Positions 56,407-64,000 of a stretch of 64,000 nt of DNA are shown piece by piece. The stretch is from assembly GCA_052426225.1 (NCBI GenBank), contig JBNJNM010000008.1, forward strand, positions 1,116,001-1,180,000, given 5' to 3'. Each line of letters opens with the position of its first letter. Positions within the stretch are counted from its first letter, which is position 1. The notes beneath the pieces were generated by a model that was not told the DNA's origin, ran no database searches, and saw only the letters and a program-made list of their open reading frames with translations. This DNA comes from Zancudomyces culisetae HAW-14-8. Lineage: Eukaryota > Fungi > Kickxellomycota. A program made the position numbers and the translations under genes.

Positions 56407-58779
56407 ATGAAGGGAATGATGTCAGAAAGGAAGAGAATTAACGAAGAGGAAGAAGGAGGAATAGGGCTGGGGTTGAATAAGCGGAAAAAGATAGTAGGAG
56501 GAGAACAAGGAGAAGGGGAAACAGAGGAATTGAGGAGATGTGAAGAGAGTATGGAACAGATGGGAACAATAGTAAGTAGAAGGAAAAATACAAGAGTTAG
56601 ATTAGAGAATAGATAGAAATAGAAATGTAAATGTAAATGAAAATGAAAATAGGAGAGTATAAGAGAATTTCAAAAGGAGGCAATATGGAGACAGATGCAA
56701 GAGTATAAAAGGGATGCACAAAGAGCCAAGGATCGAGCAAAAGAGCTGGAACAGAGACAAGTGGAATGGGCAAGGCGGATAGCACGGTATTGTGCAGTGT
56801 GGGATGAGACAAGAGGGAGGAAAAGGAAAGGGGAGGGTGAAGAGAAAAAGGAAGAGAAAGAGGAAGAGAAGGATAAGGGGCTTGCACGAGAACTATTAAG
56901 TAGTAGTAGAGGAGTAGATATAGAGAAGGAGAGAAAGCGATTTGCAGAAATAACAGAGGAGGTATATTCAGGAATTGGGGATAAAGAAAGCAAGAGAGGA
57001 GAGATAGAGGACAAGTTTGAGCTGAAGAGTCGGGTGAGTATTCTGGAACTACAAGTGAAAGAACAAGAGCGACGGTTAGAGGATCAAGAAGAGGAGCTGC
57101 GACGGGCAAAGCGACGAGAAGATAGAGAACGGATAGCGGGGGCGCGAAGGCGGCAAGAAGAGAGTCGAAAGGAGTCGGTAGCGGATGAAGAAGTGGAAGG
57201 AAGGGGAAAAGGAAGGGGAAGGGGAAAGGGAAGGGGAGATGGGGAGGATCAGGAGCAGGAGGAAGAGGAGCGGCAAAAAGTGGCAGAGCTGCGACGAGAA
57301 GAGATAGAGAAGCTGCGAGAGAAGAACGGAGAGTTGCAGCGGCAGCTTGACAGGCTGGGAGTAGAAATCAATGGGCTGGGGGCAGAGCAGCTGAGCAAAC
57401 ACCCGGCGGTGGCGAGTCTAGAGGCAGAAAAGGAGTATTACAAGAACGAGGCGGGGCAGCAGCGGAGTGAGCGGACGCGGTTGGTGGGAGAGGTGGAGGA
57501 GCTGAAGGCGTCGCGGCGGGCGTACCAGCTGTATGTACAGGCGGAGGAGGGGGCGCAGCGACAGGCGCTGGAGCAGGAGCTGCAGAAGGTGCAGCAAGAG
57601 CTGATGCGGGTGCGAGGGCATCGAGACCAGCTGCAGCGCGAGCTGGAGGAGCGGCGGGTGCACGACGCGGCGGACGACAAGGGCCAGGAGGAGCTGCAGA
57701 CAGTGGCGGAGGCGCGGCGGGAGCGGATGGTGGGGCTGGTGCTGGAGAACCGGCGGCTGCGGGCGCACATTGCAGCGGCACGAGGCAACCGCAGCGCAGT
57801 GGAGTTTTATACGTCGGCGCCAGAGATAGAAGAGGTGGCGGTGGCAGAGGAGTTGCGCATCAAGCTGGGCCGGGCGATGGAGGCGCTGGCAAAGGCAGGC
57901 AAGCAGATGGACGAAAGAAATGCAGACGACGTGGTTGGCGACGACGACAAGTACGGGCAGCTGCAGCTGGAAAAGCACGAGCTGGAAAGGTCGGCCGAGC
58001 TGATGGAAAAGGAAATGCAGGCTATTATTTCGGCCTTTTCCAAGCTGGAGGAGCAGGCGTCGCATAAAGTGCTGTCGCTGGTCGGCAAAGAACAGGTGAT
58101 TCATCGGCTGATTGCTGAAAAGGCCAAATACGAAGAAAAGTTTCTTGCTCTCAACCGCGACCGTGAAGCCCTCACCAATGCTCTTGCCTCTTACCGCTTC
58201 CAAAACGCAAAGCAGTTTGACCACATCCGCAACGTCGACGAGCGCGAACGTAATTTGACTCAGCAGCTGACCGTGCTAGAGCTGCAGGTCCTTGCTCTCC
58301 GCACCGCTCACGACAAGATCCAGGCTTCCTTGCTGGACTCCATAAGCGCTGCTGACATTCTTCGTAACCAGCTTGTTGTCGCCGAGAATAAGGCTGCTGC
58401 TGCCAAACTGCTGGCTGAACAGCGGCTTGCTGATGCCCAGGCTGCTGCCTCTGACTGTGCTGCTGTGTCCGAAAAACTCTCTGTTGCTACTGCTCGTCTG
58501 GCTCGTAAATCGTTTGCTACCACCGACTCTCCCTCTTCGTCGTTTCCTTCTTCTACCTTTCAGTCAGCCAATAATAGCAGCGCTGATTTGGTCGACCAGT
58601 ATAAATCGCTGCTTAAATGTCCGTCTTGTCGTCGCAACTTCAAGACTCATGTGCTGAACCGTTGTATGCATGTATTTTGTAAGTCTTGTTTGGATTCTCG
58701 TATAGAAACTCGTCAGCGTAAGTGTCCTACTTGTGGTGATGCCTTTGGTGTAAATGATGTTCGTCAGATTTATCTTTAG
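56407..58779 (+). CDS. BRE1: E3 ubiquitin ligase Bre1 (H2B ubiquitylation), intron 56572-56652; an extra upstream exon near 56327 is possible
   Basis: FQKEAIWRQMQEYKR motif, long coiled coil, EKAKYEEKF, C3HC4 RING ending RIETRQRKCPTC. Confidence 0.92.
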
Positions 58780-59217
58780 ATTTTATCTATTTCCTTTTTT
58801 CCTTTTTTCCTTTTTTCTTTTTCCTTTTTTCTTTTTACCATTTTCTTTTTTTTATTTTAATTTTAATTTTAATTTTTACTTTATTTCATCTATTCATCTT
58901 TTTCATTTTAAATATTTAATTAATAAATTCATTAACATAACATTATATTTTATTATTCAAATTTGATTTTTTTTTATATTTAATTTTTATTTTATCTTAT
59001 TTTATAAAAAAAAATTTAAAGCTAAAAAATTTTTTATATATAATATATTCGCGTTTTCATCATTATATATTTTGTAACATTCTATTTATCGCTACAATCA
59101 CCGAATAAATCAAAATTCAAAATTCAAAATTCAAGATTCAAAACTCAAACTCAAACTCAAAAACAAAACAAAACAAAACAAAATAAAACATAATATAATA
59201 TAATATAATATAATATA

Positions 59218-62200
59218 ATGGGTGTTCCAGCGTTTTATAGATGGTTAGTACGAAGGTATCCCAAGGTACAAACCCGTGTAGTAGAAGAAGAGGCATACCA
59301 AGTAAATGGGATAACTATTCCTGTAGATGCCACTCAACCCAATCCCAATGGCTTTGAAGTCGATAATCTTTATCTCGACATGAACGGTATTGTGCATCCT
59401 TGCTGCCATCCGACCGATCGACCAGCTCCCGAAACCGAAGAGGAAATGTTGTTGGAGGTCTTCAATTGTCTAGACCGCGTGTTCCTAATGATGCGACCTC
59501 GCAAATTGGTTTACATGGCTCTGGATGGAGTTGCGCCACGTGCAAAGATGAATCAACAACGTAGTCGACGGTTTCGTGCTGCCATGGAGGCTCAGCTGCT
59601 ACGTGAGGAAAAAGCTGCGCTTTTGGGTGAGGATACCGAAGACTTTTCTGTATCCTACTCCTTGGCCGACAATCCAAATAGTGGTGGTGGGGAAAAGGAA
59701 AAATGGGATAGTAATGTGATTACTCCCGGTACGCCGTTTATGGAAAAACTAAGTAATGCGTTACAATACTACATTGCAGAAAAGCTCAATACCGATCCTA
59801 GTTGGAATAATGGGAATCTAAGTGTGGTGTTTTCAGATGCTGGTGTACCCGGTGAAGGCGAACACAAGCTCATGAAGTATATTCGAACCCAGCGACAACA
59901 ACCCGACTATGATCCCAACACTGTACATGTGTTGTATGGACTAGATGCCGATCTTATAATGTTGGCCCTGGCTACTCATGAACCTCATTTCAAGATTTTA
60001 CGTGAAGATGTAAATTGGAAACAAAACAACAACAACAACAACGATAATGATAATAAAAATATTGGTGGTGAAAAGGAAAAGGAAAAGGAAAAGGAAAAGG
60101 AGAATCAATTGATTCTTGCTGATGGTACGCCGAAACAACAACCGTTTGTATTATGTAACATTGACATTTTACGAGAATATCTAGAACTTGAACTAGTAGT
60201 TTCAACACATACTCCAAGAAACAATAAAGTAAAAATTGATCTTGAACGTGCAATTGATGACTGGGTGTTTTTGTGTTTCTTTGTTGGTAATGATTTTCTC
60301 CCCCATTTGCCCAGTTTGGAAATCCGTGAAGGTGCTTTTGATAAATTGGTAACTAGTTGGAAACAATCCCTTTTTTTACCTAGTAAATTTACTAGTTTTA
60401 CCAATGAACAAAATCAAAATCAAAATCAAAATGGAGAAGAAAGAGAAAGAGATGTTGATAGTGTTCAGTACTTGACAAATAATGGAACTGTGGATATTGC
60501 TCGTGTTATCTACATCTTTGACGAACTAAAGTCTATGGAATCATCGACATTTGTTCGTCGTAAACAAAATGAAGATTATTATCAAAACAAGAATTCCAAT
60601 CAAAACTTTAAATCTAATACTCCAGCTCTTAATTTGAATGCCAATTTGAATGCCAATTCTAATGAAAATAATCGTAAAGCTGCTTTGCAATTACGTGATT
60701 TCTTGGTTGCTTCTAAATCAAACAACAATAACAATAACAATGGTGATGATGAAGAGGGTTCGGTGACTGCTGGACATAAACGTAAAGCTCAGGAACAGGA
60801 ACAAGAACAAGAACAAGAACAAAAGGAACAAAATGAAGAAGAAGAAGAAGATGAGGAGGAGGAGGAGGAGGAGGAAGAAGAAGAAATATTATTACAAGGA
60901 GGTACAGTATCAGTAAATGATGCAAATGCTATAGCCAATCATATCCAAAAACAAACTGTAGTAGATGCAGATGCAGATGCAGATGCAGATGCAGATTTAG
61001 ATGCCGATTCAGATGCATTTGCAGGGGGAGATGATATTCGTCTACACGAAGAAGGATATAAACAGCGATACTATCTTGCCAAGTTTGGACTGGATCCAAC
61101 CAAACAAAGCAGCCAAGAATACTCTGACAAAGTTGGACAAATAGTTACAGAGTACATTAAGGGGTTGTGTTGGGTTTTGCATTATTATTATCACGGGTGT
61201 GTTTCGTGGTCTTGGTTTTATCCATTCCATTATGCTCCTTTGGTTTCTGATTTTTCTGATTCCCTAATAATCTCTTCTCCACCTTCTCCATCCTCTCATT
61301 CTTCAACACAAACACAAACACAGACATTAATGCTTGATGAGCAACTGATTGAAAAAATAAAGACGTTTGATTTATCTAAACCAATAACTCCACTTGAACA
61401 ATTGATGAGTGTTCTTCCTTATTCCAGTGCAAAGAACGTACTTCCTGAATCTCTTTCCAATCTTATGGTTAGTCCAACATCTCCCATTATTTCTTATTAT
61501 CCACAACACTTCAAAATCGATCTTAATGGCAAAAAACATGCTTGGCAAGGTGTGGCCATCTTACCCTTTATCAATGAATCTACTTTGTTGGCTGCTATCC
61601 AGCCCGTCATCCAGTCTCTGACTGCTGACCAACTTGCGCGTAATCGTCCTGGTATTGAAATGATATGTGTCGGTAGCAACAATACTTTTACCTATGAACC
61701 TCTTTGTGACCTCTACTCTAACACCAGTTCCAATTCTGATCTTACTCATCGTGCTTCTCTTACTACTGGCAACTTGTTTGGGTTTGCTACAAAGCTCGAT
61801 TCGTTTATTCCCTTTACTACGGTTTATTCTCCTCTCAAACCATTTGGAAAACCCGACCTTACCCATTGCTCCTATATAATTGCTTCGTATCACTTACCTC
61901 CCACATCCGATACATTTGTTGCGTCCAGATTGCTGCCTGGTGTTTCTTTGCCTACACCTACTCTCAATTCTACTACGGATTTGGATTTTGTTATGTCACG
62001 TGGTCGGTCTGGTTACCATGTACGAAATGCCAATCGTTACAATAATCCATATCATGGAAATAACCGTGATTATTCGTATTTCTATAAAAACTTTGAAGGA
62101 AATGACGGTTATGGAGGAGGAGGTGGTGGCGGATATGGGGGTGGTGGTGGCGGTTATGGAGGAGGTGGTGGCGGTTATGGAGGTCGTGGTGGTAGAGGAG

Positions 62201-62676
62201 GTGGTTATAGTGGTGGTTACAGTGGTGGCGGAGGTTATTCAAACCGTGGTGGTGGTAGGGGTGGTAGAGGCGGTGGTCGTGGTGGTCATGGCAACTATAA
62301 TAATTATAATAACTACAATAATAATAACAACAGTAGTAACAGAAATTATGGAGGAGGAGGAGGAGGAGGATATGATGATGGTAATAAACGATTCAAGAGA
62401 AATTTCAACAACAATAATAATGGTGGATATGGCCAAGGACAAGGACAAGGACAAGGATATAATAATTATGGAAATAACAACAACAGTAACAGGCCCATAA
62501 ACGAATTCCACAATCCTAGACGTTACAACAATAACAGAAATCCTAATCAAAACAATAATTCTAATAGAAATTATAACCAGTCTCACAACTATAACAACAA
62601 CAACAACAACAACAACAACAATAGTGGTGGTGGTGGTGGTAATAAACGTTTAGGCTCTTTTAGAAAGTATTACTAG
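59218..62676 (+). CDS. XRN2: 5'-3' exoribonuclease 2 (Rat1/Dhp1)
   Basis: MGVPAFYRWL, DNLYLDMNGIVH, DGVAPRAKMNQQRSRRF, PGEGEHK, GNDFLPHLP, WFYPFHYAP, IDLNGKKHAWQGV. Confidence 0.96.
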   Translation: MGVPAFYRWLVRRYPKVQTRVVEEEAYQVNGITIPVDATQPNPNGFEVDNLYLDMNGIVHPCCHPTDRPAPETEEEMLLEVFNCLDRVFLMMRPRKLVYMALDGVAPRAKMNQQRSRRFRAAMEAQLLREEKAALLGEDTEDFSVSYSLADNPNSGGGEKEKWDSNVITPGTPFMEKLSNALQYYIAEKLNTDPSWNNGNLSVVFSDAGVPGEGEHKLMKYIRTQRQQPDYDPNTVHVLYGLDADLIMLALATHEPHFKILREDVNWKQNNNNNNDNDNKNIGGEKEKEKEKEKENQLILADGTPKQQPFVLCNIDILREYLELELVVSTHTPRNNKVKIDLERAIDDWVFLCFFVGNDFLPHLPSLEIREGAFDKLVTSWKQSLFLPSKFTSFTNEQNQNQNQNGEERERDVDSVQYLTNNGTVDIARVIYIFDELKSMESSTFVRRKQNEDYYQNKNSNQNFKSNTPALNLNANLNANSNENNRKAALQLRDFLVASKSNNNNNNNGDDEEGSVTAGHKRKAQEQEQEQEQEQKEQNEEEEEDEEEEEEEEEEEILLQGGTVSVNDANAIANHIQKQTVVDADADADADADLDADSDAFAGGDDIRLHEEGYKQRYYLAKFGLDPTKQSSQEYSDKVGQIVTEYIKGLCWVLHYYYHGCVSWSWFYPFHYAPLVSDFSDSLIISSPPSPSSHSSTQTQTQTLMLDEQLIEKIKTFDLSKPITPLEQLMSVLPYSSAKNVLPESLSNLMVSPTSPIISYYPQHFKIDLNGKKHAWQGVAILPFINESTLLAAIQPVIQSLTADQLARNRPGIEMICVGSNNTFTYEPLCDLYSNTSSNSDLTHRASLTTGNLFGFATKLDSFIPFTTVYSPLKPFGKPDLTHCSYIIASYHLPPTSDTFVASRLLPGVSLPTPTLNSTTDLDFVMSRGRSGYHVRNANRYNNPYHGNNRDYSYFYKNFEGNDGYGGGGGGGYGGGGGGYGGGGGGYGGRGGRGGGYSGGYSGGGGYSNRGGGRGGRGGGRGGHGNYNNYNNYNNNNNSSNRNYGGGGGGGYDDGNKRFKRNFNNNNNGGYGQGQGQGQGYNNYGNNNNSNRPINEFHNPRRYNNNRNPNQNNNSNRNYNQSHNYNNNNNNNNNNSGGGGGNKRLGSFRKYY

Positions 62677-62998
62677 GTATTTATTATTTTTGTAATTAAA
62701 TCTTTTGTCTTTTCTCTCTACCCTTTTTTTTTTAAAGTATAAAAAAAAAAGTATTTATTTTTATTCATTAATATTTTATAATCTTTATATTTACCCTCCC
62801 ACAACCCACCCTCTCAGCCCACTCCTCCTTTTTCCCTAAAGATAACTTGTCTGATTATAAATAAACTAAATTATAAAACATAAACTATTGCACTTTTTAT
62901 TATTATTTTCATATCAATATATATTTTATTTTATGAATATCAGTTTGTACAATTCCACTTTATTACATTAAATTACTACTTTTAAAAGAAAAAAGAAA

Positions 62999-64000
62999 AT
63001 GGGTTTGCATAAACTCATTAGTGATAGTAATTCACTAAATTTGTGGATAGGTTCCGAAACAAAATCCAAACTACTAGAATTTATTAGGCACACAAGTTAT
63101 TTGATTACCAACGATTCACAACCACAACCACAACCTCAACCTCAACCACAACCACAACAGATAGAAGTACAAGTACAAGTAAAAGTAGAAGTAGAGGAGC
63201 AAGTGCAATCGGAAAATAAACTTGAAAAACTTGTTTTAGAAATCCTTCAAAAAATAGATATTTTGGTTGACCAAGTGCAATTAACTTTGAATAATGAACA
63301 ACAAGCACAACAACAGCGAAAGTTGGATCAGATACCGACAACAATACCAACAACAATACCAACAGCAATACCGACAGCAATACCAACAGCAATACCAACA
63401 AAAATACCAACAACAATACCAACAACAATACCAACAGCAATACCAACAGCAATACCAAAAACAATACGCACCGGAATACCAACAGCAACAACACGTACTG
63501 GAGTACCAACAACAATACCAACAGCAATACCAACAGCAATACCAACAGCAATACCAACAGCAACACGCACCGGAATACCTACACATATAAAATTCAATAC
63601 TGCTAGCGGTACAAGTAAACAACGGTTTGGAAACTTGGGATTTCGCACTTTTCATTCTGAGCTAGACAAACTAGTCCAACAATACTACCCCATTTCCAAC
63701 AATGCTCTAGATGAATCAGACAACAGCGACAACGAGAACGAGAACGAGAACGATAATAATAACAACAACAACAACAACAACAACAAAAACAGTGGTAACG
63801 GTAATGGTAATGGTAATAATGGTGATGATACGGGTGTTGTTGGGGATAAAAGTGTGCAAGAAGAGACTACTCAACTCTTGTTTTGGTACCTTAAAAATTC
63901 ATTTGGAAATCCTGTGCGTTTAGATTATGGTTCAGGCCATGAACTCTTCTTTATGATTTATCTATATGTACTATTATCATTTACAAACAAGGAAAAGGGT
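62999..64000 (+). CDS. PP2A activator PTPA (Rrd1/Rrd2 family), 5' part, open at the window edge
   Basis: Stop-free frame from ATG 62999 encoding QRFGNLGFRTF and YLKNSFGNPVRLDYGSGHELFF. Absent from the ORF track. Confidence 0.9.
   Translation, partial: MGLHKLISDSNSLNLWIGSETKSKLLEFIRHTSYLITNDSQPQPQPQPQPQPQQIEVQVQVKVEVEEQVQSENKLEKLVLEILQKIDILVDQVQLTLNNEQQAQQQRKLDQIPTTIPTTIPTAIPTAIPTAIPTKIPTTIPTTIPTAIPTAIPKTIRTGIPTATTRTGVPTTIPTAIPTAIPTAIPTATRTGIPTHIKFNTASGTSKQRFGNLGFRTFHSELDKLVQQYYPISNNALDESDNSDNENENENDNNNNNNNNNNKNSGNGNGNGNNGDDTGVVGDKSVQEETTQLLFWYLKNSFGNPVRLDYGSGHELFFMIYLYVLLSFTNKEKG
63332..63583 (+). repeat. Coding 12-bp minisatellite (ATACCAACAGCA; IPT[A/T])n
   Basis: About 18-20 imperfect units in frame within PTPA. 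Confidence 0.92.

Noticed and set aside
56597-58523. Several long antisense ORFs over BRE1
   Set aside because: Explained by stop-codon depletion from the extreme composition; no protein motifs.
63105-63655. Striking alternative-frame ORFs (CCWY)n, (YQQQ)n, (LLVL)n, (VGIA)n
   Set aside because: Shadows of the 12-bp repeat; the true frame is PTPA.

Overview
AT-rich eukaryotic DNA with short GT-AG introns and a fungal housekeeping gene set. It is most consistent with an early-diverging fungus, possibly Zoopagomycota/Harpellales-like (inference only). It holds about 23 host genes, several missing from or split in the ORF track: RPL39, RPL36, complex I 9.5-kDa subunit, the 5' part of NRDE2, and a PTPA gene open at the right edge. 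There is one tRNA-Val(AAC). The main accessory element is a full-length, intact non-LTR (L1-like) retrotransposon at 33081-39109 (- strand). It has a 14-bp TSD, a poly(A) tail and helically phased A-tracts in its 5' UTR, and sits about 240 bp upstream of NRDE2. An inverted 3' fragment of the same family lies 2.8 kb away, beyond the RPL39/RPL36 pair. The least explained signal is two domains, centred on the TBC-GAP and BRE1 genes, where composition runs purine/G-rich, then GC-rich, then pyrimidine/C-rich across coding, intronic and intergenic DNA. Other leads: a P5 ATPase with a signal peptide and Cys-rich ectodomain, an orphan Cys-rich GPI-type protein, two probable DIRS-retrotransposon relics and several candidate structured RNAs. 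All calls come from reading motifs by eye; no searches were run.
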